Assembly (NCBI GenBank): GCA_051362555.1
Contig: CM120641.1
Coordinates: 5,208,001-5,272,000, forward strand
Source of the DNA: Lingula anatina
Lineage: Eukaryota > Animalia > Brachiopoda
Length of the DNA: 64,000 nt
Direction: 5' to 3'
The position numbers were made by a program, and so were the translations under genes. Of the stretch, positions 49,001 to 63,152 are shown one piece after another (positions within the stretch are counted from its first letter, which is position 1; each line of letters begins with the position of its first letter). A model generated the notes under the pieces. That model was not told the origin of the DNA and ran no database searches. It saw only the letters and a program-made list of their open reading frames with translations.

Positions 49001-52000
49001 ATATTTTTTTTAAATTTATTATTATTTTATTTTATTTTATTTTTAAATAACTGAGTATCATTGACTAAAAGAACAGCTAACACAATGGTGATAAGTTGTT
49101 GATTGTAGTGACACCTGGTGGCATTCTTGGGCATCAAAGCAAAGTAATTTTACTATATTAGGCCAACCTTCCATCTTTCTACTTCACTGAACATAAGGAA
49201 AAGTGATTTGCTTTACTTCAGAAACCTACTGAGAAATTACGCTATACCACCATCAATGAGGTGTACAAAATTTACATAAACTCTCAGTGACCTGAGTTGA
49301 TGACAAATGATTGGTATGGGTAGCTTGTTACTTGTGTCATTCAGACATCATTGAAAAACTTAACGGAATATGCCTCTTAACTTTTTTCATGCATCTGATG
49401 TAAGAAAGTAAAACTGTCTTTTGACTTTCTTGATTTTTTAGGGATTATATAAAATATAAGATGTGTACAGGAATTTATTCTTTTAAATTATAAGATAATT
49501 TTCAGTCTTCATTTTGACTTTTTTTTATATGGTTTAAAATACAATGAGAATTTGCAAGCTACGTTTTCAGGATTTTCAGTTTTTACAACTTTCACCCATG
49601 TATTTTCACATTTGTGCCATGAAATAGCAGTTGAAGTTGTTCCTTTGGCATTGGTAATCACAATCCTGTGACTTGAGATCACAAATAGCAATTTTGTGGT
49701 CTGAATTATACCTGTTTTAAATAAACATGATATATTATCTAGAAAAGGTATAATGGTATTTAGATTAATTACTAAAAATTATTTTTACTAGTGGGCATCC
49801 TGCTTAGTTTAGTAATTACTTTCTCTGAAATTTAGTAGTGAAGCACTTCTGCGTAGAAGCCATCTTTTCACACGAGGACTGTCACATTCTAAAACAGGCA
49901 TATTTGTTTGTATTAACAGTGAGTAAAATTTACACAGGCTGTAGCATTCTCTACGCCCAAATAATGCATAAGCAGCTGGCAAGCTTTTCAAATATTTATT
50001 TTTCAACATAGAAAGCGTTTTCAATCTCATTGTATCACTTCTGCATTAACCAGTTGTTACTTGTATGTCCTATCTTTCGAACATGTTTATATTATTTTCT
50101 GAACAACATATACAGAATTCAACTTGGTATTGCTATACTAGTATATATATAATCACCATGTACCAATGGGAAGATTGGCTTATGTATGCGGGTTCAATCT
50201 GGATGTTGTTGACTATGCACAGGCCTGCATAATTAGTGGACACTTCTGCTGCCTTAAGGGAATAGGGGCTGTAGTCATCCTTATTAAGTGCCTTCCACAA
50301 GACACGTGTGCATGGCACATGCCTGCATCAGTTTCGTTCGTCTCCTAAGGCCTCGTCATGCCACATGTGCAGTTCAACTCTAGATGTTGCTAGTAGTAAG
50401 AATCCTTGTGTAATTTGTCATTTCAGATCATGTATCAGAATTGAAAGTGACCAAGGATAAGATCCAGGAGTTGGATTTGGTGGTCTCCTCTCAGAAATCA
50501 GAGGTTGGTTACATGCTTCTAAAAATTAATACTTCATTTTGTGAATTTTTAAACAATACTTGGTTTTTATCGGAAAGATATTAACATAAACCTCCATGTT
50601 TTTCTTATCTTTTTTTTAAATTTTTGACATACTATCTGTCGTCCAACACCTTTCAGTTGGAAACGATCAGGTAAAATAAATTGAAAGAAAAAAATTAATT
50701 GATAGATAAAATACAGATTCAAGTGTTCTTCTTTATATTGTGTATATACTTTGTAATGTAAATGCTTATTATGACAGGTAGCATAAAGGGCCATAAATGC
50801 TAATTCGATCCATTTCAATACTAGGTTATATTAATATTTCATGTGTGTAAATATATATCTATATGATTTTTGTCTTAGCAATTTCTCTGAATCCTAAATC
50901 AAAAATTCTGAATTTTGTTAAATGCTGTTAAATTAAATACTAGGTATATATTGAAAGAGAAACATTCAAATGACTGGTTGCCATCTGTAGCTATCTGTAG
51001 CTATATTTACTTGATTTCAGGACATATATGTGAATTTGAACTTTGCAGTGTGCCATGTCATCTGTAATGAAATATTCAGAACAAAGATTAAACTTGAGAT
51101 TTTAGTACCATACCTGTGACGTCAATTCACTGAGTGCTGGCAAAACCGAAGTAACCACAGCTGTTCAGATCCAATTCATCTGTAGACAATATAGAAAAGT
51201 GATTGGATATTAATATATGGCATTTTGTTTTGAAAAGATGTTGCTTAGAACAGAATAAGCATGACAGATTTTACAGATCATTTAAATCTGTAATATTCCC
51301 ACTCACTTTCAAAATATTTGAATGAGAACCAAACAAAAAATATATTTTTTCCCTGTCACATCTGTGCAAGTGAAACAGCTTGACAGCACACAAAACCAAC
51401 ATTCTAATCAGGGATCGCCTCAGATATGGACATTGCACCTTTGAATTCACAAAACATGACAAAAAAATTTATTCTGATAAAACTTCTTGAATGACATATC
51501 TCTTTTTGCTTGAAGGAAATCTCTTGGCCTCTACCTCATACTGAAATGAGCATTATTTTAAATCGTCCATCTAACATGAGGAAGTGCGTTTAGTCATCAT
51601 TATTTAAAATCATCCATATAACTTGAGACAATGTGTCTGGTCATACTGCCATGAATTATGTATGGTATTGACATGAAAAGCTTTGTTGACTCTCCAGCAG
51701 AGCTACAGAAACAACTTGTTGCATGTTCATACCATAGGGGTGTTATGTTGCCTCAGTAGTTACTCAGGTAATTAATAGTCACAGGTTTTAGTTATAAAAC
51801 CATCATAGATTAAACTCATTACTGGCAATACTTTGGGTCCCTTGCCGTCTGATCTTAAGTTAGCTTACAAAATGGTTATAGATACAAGCTATATCTTCAC
51901 TTCTGAACTTTTTTTTTTTTTAGATTGAGCGTTTGAAGCAACTGAACCATGAGCTTGAAGAAAAGGCAGAGTCATCTGAACTGCAGATCAATACTATATC

Positions 52001-55000
52001 CAAGGAATACAGAAATCTGTTGGAGGAAAAAGAAGTAGGACTGTGTGTTTGTGTGTGCATGTAGACTGAGAGAAAGATGATAGTTGAGAAGAGATTGCTA
52101 GTGAAGAAGGGAGAGAGAAAAGCTGAAGCAGTAACTGCTGTTGTTCTGGATTACCAATGGGTCTTATTTGAAGTGATCAAGAATTCTGTTAAGTAAAAAC
52201 ATGTACATTAATCTGTAAAGTTATGAGTGTTCAATGCAGATATTGACCCAATTTTTCTACTGAATGTATCATGATGCTATGTCGTAGGTTTCTTCCCACA
52301 TCTTTAGTTGTGAAATTTTGGTTTCAAGTCAACCATTTTTAATCACTTGTATGACTTCTCATATACCAAAAATATTAGAACTTATTTAGTCACTGCCAAA
52401 TATGAAAAATTATAATCATTAAGTGATTGCACACACATACACATGCATGCACCACTCCCCTCCTATAAATTGAAATCAAAAAATCTGTCCATTAAGCATG
52501 GAAAAGAATGATACACACACAAACCCACTCATGCACACACAGCAATCCAATAAAAAGTTAGTTTTCCATATTAAATGTATGTATGTATGTATATATAAAT
52601 GTATGTGTGTATATCATGCATATTATCTTTCTTCATACCCACTTGTCTATTGCAGCTGTGTGGGAATGATTTCTTACATATTTAATGACAGTGTATATCA
52701 TAGAACTATATAAGGTTGTTTTTCACCCACCAGCATTAGTAAGAGATAAGAAAATTTATACCTTATTGCACAAAGGTTTTATTTTTACAAATTTGAGCAA
52801 ATTGAAGATAACACTAGAATGGGAAAATATTTTTTAAAATGTGCATAATATCTTTTTCCAAACAAGGGTGAAGTTAAAGCTCTCAAGCAGAAGCAAAATG
52901 AGTTGCTCGAAATCCAGAAAAAAATGGCTGCATCGGCTGCTGCCTGGGGCTCTACAGCTTTTAGTCACAGCACTTCCACCTCTCAGTTGACATCTCCCTA
53001 CGTGCAGCAGTCACAGCAGACGGGTAAGTAGTGGGCACCTGCTAATAAGGTAAAAATACATTGATTCAATTATTGGGAAGAGGAAAAGTGAATGAAATAT
53101 TATTCGAGTTGGAACAAATTTCAAATTATATAAATAGTGGTAGATTACATGTATGTGTGTTGATAAGTATTTATTCATGTACACGTCCTGAAAATTGAAT
53201 TAGTGTTTTAAGAATCTTTCTGATCAATGGTTTCAGTTAAGGAATTGTTCTTTGTTGATTCTTTACTGAGCTTTTTATGTATTTTTAATATTATTTTTTA
53301 ATAGTTAAGTTTGTAAATTTTCTCTTTTTGTAAACTCTTTCTATAGCTTACAAAGATGCATAATTTATATGTCAGCTAAACACATGGTTCTCAGCATATA
53401 TCATTTGCCATTCCTAAATGTTTGTTTGATAAAGGCATTGAAATATGCAGGAAATGTAAATGAACATTTTTGCTCTCCCAACTGCAGTTTAAGTTTATTT
53501 TGATCTCTTCATTTGATGCCTGGCATTTGTCTTTGGTATTGGTCAAGGACATTAAATTAATCCTTAACTGAAAACATTTTATTGGGAATGCTCCTGCTAA
53601 TTTTGCTCTTTGATTTGCAACAAATATCAGTTTCAAATATCAATGTTTATTAAGAATTAGCAAGAGTTGATATGAACTGAACGGAACCTCTGCAGGTATG
53701 ATTACTGCTAAAAAATAAAATGAGATAAGGTATTCAAGAAAAATAAAATGACACACACACGCATGCACACACACACGCACGCACTCACACACACACACAC
53801 ACATTGGTTTGTACAGTCATTTGGATAATATGGCAATCATAATAATTCTAAAGCTGTATAAGTGACCAAATGTACGTCCACATGTACAGTTGCAAAAATG
53901 ATTGTGTTTGAGTCTTCTCTGCAGCAATCTGGCTATCTCGGCTTTCAGCACAATTAAGTGTCACTAAATTGTTAGTGAGATGTTATATTTATAAAAGACG
54001 TTCAACAAATGTTACACTCTTTTTGGTGATAGTGCCAGTATCATACTATCATAAGGAACCGTAAGACGAACCAGTTCACAAATATTGAAATATGGTAACT
54101 TTATATATTATTGAAACATACCCGTGCAGAAACAGAAAGAAGTGAGATCAGCAAAATGAAATTCCCAGTTCAAATACATGCATTCCTAATCAATGTGTAG
54201 TTCACATTGATAAAAATTTCCATTGTTTAGAATACAGATTTAACCTGGCAAACATTTTATGATTGAAAATGATAGGATCTGGAAATATTTGTGTGGAGGT
54301 CTTTTATTATTGAATTTAGTATCTTAGAATGTAAACTTTAGATCCGTATGTTGTGATGTCAAATCTTCTTTTGACACTTATACTAAAAATTGTTTTAAAC
54401 TAAATTTTTGAATGTATATCTTACTGCACATGTAAAACCCTTTAAGAACTAGCAAACAGATTCTTATATTCACCATATTGAAAACTATATCAAGTTGATA
54501 ACCTGGACTAGATCTTCTGGAAGTGGAATTTCACTAGAGATATGCTATCAGGAAGATTTCACCTTTGGCTTTTACCTGGCCTCATGGGGTGTTTGACAAA
54601 TGTATTCTTTTCCATACAGATACATCCTAGGGTTCAATTAAGATTGCTTTTATCCTATCTTGCATTGACAAGTGCATATTTTTTCCCTATTTTCCACCAA
54701 CAATTGGTATTGTTGTGTTGCTACAATTTAAATTGGCTATTTTGGAAAAAATGTAGTGTGACCTAGTATTTCAGAGGTACAAAAGGCACTGTACTGCTAA
54801 GCAATATCCTTTTTAGGCAGCTTTCGCACCATGTCGAATTATGTGTAAGTTTGATTTTTTCCATTTCATAGTTGTTGCAAATTCATAATCAGAATTCCAT
54901 GAAACTATATAAATGTAAATGAAGGACTGACTGTACTACTACTATTGACATGATACTGAACATTTCCCTTTCTCTTTTCTGTCACAATTTTCATATTTTT

Positions 55001-58000
55001 CTTTTTATTAATGGACATTTACAGTGGACATTGAAATATTCCAACTAGAATTTGGCAAATATATTTTAATATTGACATTTAACATAGATATACTGAATTA
55101 CATGCTGTGCAGTCAAGCAGGGCATAGATTTATTCCTCTTTTTCTTCTCTTGACTTCTTGATATTCGTGCTGCAGGTTCTATTAGGTGTAAACTCACATA
55201 AGTATTTTGTTGCAGTATTTATTTATTTTTCTTTTTTTTTAAACCAGTTTATTTATTTTGACACACATTCAGGTACATGTGACCCTTGACATTGAGTCTT
55301 AAATTACTTTTTTGTTTAGTCTCTTGTCTGTTTGCTTGCTTTGCTGTTTAGTTATTTTGTATTGTATACTGGTCAGTAGCATTCAGTAGAAAGCTGTCAT
55401 TTAGCACTGACTGTGATTTAAACCCTTCTTTTGCAATGTTCATGGATGATATGTTGGCTTTTGACTTTTGACTGCTGAGGATAAGATGCATCCTTTGAAT
55501 ATTGGTCCGTATTTCCTTTTAGTTTTGTGTGGGTTTCAGTTACATATCCTGTAGCACGTAATAGTCTTTAAATTAGATGTAAAAAATAATTTTTTTTATC
55601 TGGTCGTATTAAATTCCTCAATTATATTCCATGAATATATGCTGTCATGACATTTTGCATTATATAGTCAATGGCTGATTCTCGTCTCCAAAATACTTGT
55701 TCTCTGTCCTCCAGCACAGTTCCTTGAAATCATATGCCTTGACTTATATTTCTGTGGATTCCAAAAGAGGATACACATTTATTACTTGTTTTGGTGCACG
55801 ATTATTAATAAAGATGTAGACTTCATTCTCCGATGTCTTAATTAGATTCTTGGAATTTATACACATATTGGAATTTATACACATTTAATGTATAATGAAC
55901 ATTAAATTCTTTTTCTTGTTTGACCATGAGTGATCCATTATATCTTTTCGATGCTAGAATTCAAGAAGTTGAAATCAGGCGGTGACCTTAATTCAACTGT
56001 TCATGGTCATGTGATCTCATTGCATGAGTCATGGAGATTTGAATCGGCAGAAGCTGAGAGTTTTTAGGGTTTGGTCACGAGGCAAGGCAGCACTTCCAGT
56101 TCATGTTACGGTTCGTGCTATCTCTACTGATTTCTGTAGACCAAAAGGGTGTTTCCACAAAAATTAGATTAATTTTTAGTCCAGTCTTTTTCTGATGCAA
56201 GGTATCAAAAAAATGAGTGCTGCAGACCCATTGGTGCTTGTTCTGGAAATGTCAGCTTTGTATTGACACAGCATGATAAATATTAAACAAATATTTGCTG
56301 CTAGAATGGTAATCTGGTAACAGAGGCCTTAGCTTTAAGCACTCCAAATCTAATTGACATTTTTTACAGACGTGAGTTTGCAGTGACAGGCAGTGCACGT
56401 CACCTAAGCCCAGATTTCCCGCTCTCTCCCTGACAACACTATATACCTTAGTGTCTAAGTGGCTGAGTGGGTAGTTTACAAAGATATGTGGAATGGGAGA
56501 AGAATTTTAAAAAAATTATTATAATTAACGGTCAGTTTTGATACATTGTGAGGTGAAATCACCTGGTGTCTGTGTCATAGAATGTGGATGATTTTTCAAA
56601 TGTATTTGAAATGTTTTTGCGCATTGGTAATAGATGGATAACTACATTATCTTTAGTGGCAGGTTCTTGTCCACAGGAAAATTGCCCTTTGAAAATTACC
56701 ATTAAGCAGTAAAAAATTAGTTCTTTTGTCAAAAGCTTGAGGAATAAATTATATTTTACCAGCTAATATTTGGTCTGCTTAGACTCATGCTTCATATGGA
56801 GATATGGATGAGATATTTAAGAAGTGATGGAAATCCCACTGTAAGCCGACAGAATATTTGTTATCACTTTATTTCTCAAGCTATTGACCAAAGAACTTTC
56901 ACATTTCTATTGAAATTAACTTTTCAGCACTATTTAGCAAAAGGAAAACTAAGTATGTAAGCACCCAATCTCAAAAGTTGACTTTTTTCTGTAAATGAAA
57001 GCCCTTAAACCACCCATATACCAGTAAGATCATGCAGGATTAGTTGTTTTAAGCTTTACCAGCTCTTTGTTCATGATGTAACAAACTCCAGTTAAAATTT
57101 GGTCTCACAAACTTTTGGGATAATGACAAAAGATTGTGATGAATGTTATTCTGGATGGTTCAATCTTTTGGATAGGAATCTCAGAGGGGGAAGAAGCCTC
57201 AGGGGTTTGGTAATGAATTGAAGCAGCACTTCCAGTTGGTTTTGCAGGTTTCCTTATTAAATTTAAACCCTTCTTTTGCAATGTTAGTTCATGGATGATA
57301 TGTTGACCATCAGTGGGTTTGTTTATAACTACTAACAGTATTTTGATGTTATATATTTTTATGTATTTATTTTTTATATTTTCATGTATGGTTTTTTGCA
57401 GGTCTTGATCTTGATCACCATGATGGTATGGACTTTGGTGATGTGATCTCTTCACAGCATGAGATCAACCAGTTGTCCCAGCAAGTACACAGTCTCCAGG
57501 CTGAGGTGGATCACTGGAGGCAGGTGGCTGCCTCTTTGGTTAGTACAATAGTATTGTAGTGGCCAGGTACATCAGGTACACTGAAGGGAAAGGGTGGGCA
57601 ATACATGGGGGTGAGCTTGGTCACACAAAATGCACTGTTTGATAGGCAATTAGAAGGGAGAAGGCATTGAGTAAAACACTGCCACAGCAGACGGATCTAA
57701 GCAGTTGAAAGCAGGAAACATTTTTTTTTAGGGATATGTAGCTAAGGGAATTGGAAATGGAAATGAAAGGATGTTGGTAAAAAGGTAACATTGTTTTAGA
57801 AAAATACAACAGCCAGGCCAAGGTTAAAGCTTACTTAGTTTTAATTTAAAATGTTGGGTTAACCTGTTCGTATGTTTCTTAAAAATTTTGATTGAGCTGA
57901 GTAAATTCTTTATTTTTTCCTTCATTCTTTTTTGTTAAAACAAAAATAAAGCCCTGTAACCACATATAAAACAAGTTGCAGAGAAATAATTAGTTATCAA

Positions 58001-61000
58001 GGAAAAAAGCAAAGTAAGTGAAGGACAGGAGGGGGGCATATACCAACCCCTAGTTGATTTGTTATCAGGGATGGTTTCTTTTGTATCAAGGCTAGCTTAG
58101 CTAGTAGCATTTTGAGCAAGAACAAAGTGAAGGTAGTCAGTTAGAAAGAAGACATACCTGAAACAAGATGATCTAATAAAGCTCTTAGTTCTGTGCTGAT
58201 ATTGGGGAGGAGATGGATCAGTTATGTAGTATCCATTAAATCATGTTATTTAGTAACTTAGTGCAAATTGATGTAAAAATAAACTATGTAAAGTTTTTTT
58301 TCTAATGGGAGATTGAAAAATAAATAGTACGTAAAAATCCTGCCTGTTTTTGCCATATTCTGTTGATTTGCACCAGAAAAGGACCAATTTGAAAATAAAG
58401 AAATGTAAATAGATTTTATTGTCATTATTTTGTACCAGAGTAAATCAAGGAGAAATTGAACATCAGTTATTATGTAGTTAATGTTGATTTTCTTCATAGA
58501 TAACATCATAGATTTCATAGCATTTGAAAGATAATGTGGATGTATGTGATATCATACAGACTGCAACATATCGTAACTGCACATTAAGTCACCGGCAAAC
58601 GTGCCGCACATTAATCAAACCGAATGATTTGAATAAATCAATGTTTAAGCTGCAAAACGTGTAGTTGAGTCTGCTAATCAGATGGAAGCAAATTTTCACC
58701 CAGGTATTTCCATGGCTGCTCTGTTTGTTTTACTGTTGTAAACTGACAAATGAAAACTGATAAGAAGGCTTGGTGTTGCAGGACTTTTTAATTGAAATTT
58801 TCAGGGAGGCTTGCACGGCGAACAGGAAGGTGGACAGAACCAAGGCGAAATTCACAAACTCAAGCAGGAAGTCCAGGTATTAAAAAAACTAAGAAAATGT
58901 CAAGTGTGCGAAATATCTTCAAGGGTTGATAAACCAGTTGATCAAAAAATATGAAGTATTAGCAAACATTAAAGCATGTATTTGTTAAACTAACTTTTAT
59001 ATGGCTAAGACTTGGTTCACAGTATTTTGTTTAGATCTCAAACAGCTTTTTCTAGATCTTGCTAGTTTTTTAAAATAATTATTGCACATTTTATCTATTT
59101 GATTTAACATGTACAGAAACTGGCTCATTTAGTTTAGCCTGGTTTTTAGACAGCCTGAGCATAACCTGTCATATCTTTGCCCTTTATATTAATCCTTTTA
59201 TCAGATCTGTCTACCATTGGCATTCTTTTTATTTTTCACATTGTTCTACATTTGTCTGTGGAAAAAAAACATAAAAACTATTGTCATGTACCTTTAACAT
59301 TTACACAGACATCTTTTCCAGGTTGTGAAAATAAAGAAGCATCACTTAGTAGAATACTTTATGAAATGTGATAAGATTTGTTGAATGCATAATAAATAAC
59401 CAGCTGTTAGTTTATTTTTAACTTAAAGCATTGTGGTTTTTATCCTTCCTGTCAATTTTTTTCTTCACCAAAAAATTTTAGAATTGGGGCTTTTCTGTCT
59501 TTTGTGTATCTGTTCTGTTATTGCTATTATTAGTACCACCAGCGTGTACGCTGGCGGTACTCATGGTTTTAGTCCCGACCCGTCTCGTACAGCTCCGCCG
59601 GCTCCTGCGGCTCCGCAGGATGACGTGGGATACAAGTCACCGTTACCGCTTCTCCTCTTAGACCGCAAGGACCTGTGTCCCCATCTCTTGGATTTAGGTC
59701 ACATATAATCTCAACTTGAACACCCAGGTTTTTTTGTCTCAGTTGGTGCATTGACCTGGGCGTGACGCTCATTGAAACGCACCCTTGTCAAAATTTTTGA
59801 AAATTCAATGCTAAATATCTCCCAAACCGATGGAATTATGGGAAAAATTTCTACAGATGGCTGACCGAAAGTCATATGTGAGGATTTCAAATATGCCCTT
59901 GGATTTGACCTTTGACCTTTATTTCAAGGTCAAACGGGCCAAAATTTTCTAAAAATAGGAATTTTTTTGCAAGAAAATTTTTATTTCAGCCGATTTTCAG
60001 AAACTAAACAGATCTTACCTATAATATTATGGGCAGGTGATACCCTTAGGGTCATCTTTCATTTTCGTGAGTTTGGGGTCAATCGGTGCATTTTCATGGT
60101 AGCAGCGGCCATAGATGCCGAAACTGAAAACTCTCTCTAATTCTGGTACCGTTAATGCTAGAGACCTCTTGTTTTATGCATTTTGTAGAACTTGTCAAGG
60201 GCAACACTCGGGGTGGTGTCTATTTTTTTGTTTTCAATACGGCTTAGGCATTGCACTATATAAAAAGTTCAACATCCTGAATTCAGTGGTGAAAATAAAA
60301 TGTGAAATACTCAAAAATTAGCAGAGATGTGCCCATAGTTACTTTTGAACTTGAATAGGAAGTCATATACTGGTAATCTGTGACCTTGAAATTGACCTTT
60401 GACCTACTTTTCATGATGAACTGCACTTTGCAAGTTTTCTGATCTTTATATCTCCAAAACTGGCAGAGATAAGCCCATAGTTACTATTGAACCTAAATAG
60501 GAAGTCATATACTGGCAATCTAACTGTGACCTTGAAATTGACCTTTGACCTACTAATTATGATGAACTGTACTTTACATGTTTTCTGGCCTTTACATTTC
60601 CAAAACTGGCAAGGAAATGCCCATAGTTACTATTGAGCTTGAATAGAAAGTCATATACTGTGACCTTGAAATTGACCTACTTTTTCATCATGAACTGAAC
60701 TTTGCATATTTTCTTGCCCCTGACATCTTCAAAACTAGCAGAGATATGCCCAGTGTTGCCCCTAGGTTTTCTCTTTTGTCAGCATATATGCAACACTGAT
60801 AACTCATTTCAAGGAAAACCAATAGGCCTATTGTCCAGAAAATCACAGGAGTGATCAATGTTAGGAAAATACAGGCCACTTGGAAAATCCGCTTGATTGG
60901 ACCATTTTTATGTTATATATATATTTTTTTTCATACTTTGAGAATTCTTGTTTATTGCATAGAGCTTGTCAAGGACAAGACTGGTTGTGGTGTCCCTTTT

Positions 61001-63152
61001 TTTTTTTTGGGGGGGGGGGTCCATTCGAATGCGCTTACTCCAGCTGGTGGTACAATATCCGGAGGCGGTATCGCCTCTCTGATCCTCTAGTTTAGTTTAT
61101 ATTATTATCACCAGCATTTAATAGTTCTTTGCATCATATATACTCAACATCAAAAATTGAGAGAGCAGTTTGATATATATATGTATTCATAAATTTGAAA
61201 TGAAATTATCAAGTTAAACAGTAGCATATGTATAAGGGTTGTCAAATGCCAGCTATGCTAAGATATACGTGGCACTCATATCATATGTCAACTTTATTAA
61301 CATGGATAAGACTTGAAAGAGTTCAGGTTGGAAAAGTTACAGTTGATAACATGAAGAATTCCTTCTCTGGCCTATAGGCTGGGAGGGGGGGGGGGTCCAA
61401 GAATCTCCCTTTTGAAAATGTCCACTCTGAATTTGAATTTGATCTAGGTCACATGGCCTTTTTCATTTTGGGTCAGCTAAGGGGATATAAAGGTCCACAT
61501 TAAAAAAAGGAAAGAAAAAAAGAAATGAAAATACACTCTTCCCTCAATTTGAAATTGCTGGCTACAGGCCTAGCTGTGTCATGCATGCCATCTTGAACCA
61601 CTTTTTGTCTTGTTGATGAATTTCTATGTTGCTTTGCAATATTTTATATGTAGAAATCACAGAAGTGATACATATTTTTTTCGACTGAAAGAAATGTATA
61701 CATCAGGTTCTGCTTATGAATCAAATTTTCAAAACACCAGATGAAATTTATGGAAAAAAATCTGTGTGTTACTGCAAATGCATTCCTGTTCACATTCAAA
61801 GGGGATATGTAATTGTCAATCTTACTAAAAAATTGTATTTATACATAAAAAAAATTAAAGTTCTGAAAAACCTTTATCTTTTATTAATGAAGTACTGAAA
61901 TGTCATGTGGTGATTAAACATCTTTAAAACTTGTTAACTCAGAAATTTGCTGCAATTTATGTTATCTGTATGTACAGTTGGTACCTTGGAAATCTAATGG
62001 AATAAACTGAAGTTCTTTGTCAAACACCAAATCCGAAAAAGATAAGGAAAGTAATGTTTTTCATTACTCAAACACAGTTGACATGATTTACATCTTATGT
62101 AAATTGCATATTTATTAGTTTGCTGTAGGGCGCAAAACCCTGTTTGCAGTTAAAAATTTGATAAGGAGTCCACTTCCATGGCTCTGCTAATCTCCACTTC
62201 ATATTCAGTGGAGTCACAGAAAGGAAGTTTACAGAAACAGTTTCTCAGATAAGCTATGTATATATCACATTGTTGTAGTAGCGCCCAGCTACAGTTTGTC
62301 AGCCCTGTGATATATGGACTTTGAACACGTAGGCAAACTTGGTACAAAACATGCCTGAGAGCCAGAGCAACTGTGACATCTGTGCCGTGTTGGCACAGTG
62401 ATATACAATACAGCCCCATTTGGTGTCATTTCTTTGTCCTCCACAGTTTGTCCTCTTTAGGCTTAGCCTACCTTTCTTCTGTTATTGTAGGCTTGGTGAA
62501 ATATGTCTAAAATATATTTCAGACAAGATGAAGACAAAATTTGCAGGTCATTCGTAATTTATAGATTAAGGCTTTTAAGATTCTTGGCTTATGTTTTACA
62601 AGTTGAAATGTAATGGGTATCTAAAAATTAAATTTTATTGTACTTGACAACATAATGTTAATCTGCTTTAAGATGATGTAAATGTCTTTTTATGTCTTTT
62701 AAAAATTAATTTAAAAAGACATATGAAGATGTTTAAATTAAAGGGTACACATTCAAATTATTAGATTATATTGAAAGTTTCTATTTGTTGTATTCTTTTC
62801 TTTGAATTCCTTTTCTTCGAAAAAAGATAACACTTAGAATATAACTTTTTCCTCGAATCAAGACCTTGGATCAATAATTTGAATGAAGCTTACTCATGCT
62901 TCTAAGTCAAATAAGGAAACAATCTTCGTCATACTTATTACTTTTTATTTAATCCATAAATATATTGAAAAACTCATTTGTGCTTTCTTAAGGAGCTTCG
63001 CCATCAGTTGCATCAGGCCATAGATGATCACCAGCATGAACTGACCACACTGCAAGATGTCCACTCTGAGAAACTGACCGCGCTGAAACGTCAGCAACGA
63101 CAAGAAACTAAACAGTTGCAGGAAGAGATTGCAGACCTGCAGCAACAGTTAG
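46040..63152 (+). CDS. TRIP11: TRIP11/GMAP-210 golgin, 5' part (continues beyond the window). Exons: 46040-46133, 50427-50503, 51924-52034, 52867-53023, 57402-57538, 58805-58876, 62993-63152
   Basis: N-terminus [31 protein letters not shown] resembles the GMAP-210 ALPS region. It is followed by coiled coil [54 protein letters not shown] and [19 protein letters not shown] boundaries with compatible phases. Confidence 0.92.
47250..47448. repeat. GC-rich 45-bp minisatellite, about 4.4 copies
   Basis: gtcaggagtcgctgagccgagggcctgtaa... units start at 47250, 47295, 47340, 47385 and 47430. Confidence 0.92.
53750..53793. repeat. Imperfect (CA)n microsatellite
   Basis: Read directly from the sequence. 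Confidence 0.8.
59532..61092 (-). mobile_element. Non-autonomous Helentron/HINE-like element, copy 2 (about 3 tandem units)
   Basis: End-to-end reverse-complement homologue of 34745-36650, with the same terminal hairpin, sub-TIRs and tgacctttgacct-containing units at about 60320-60750. Confidence 0.85.
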
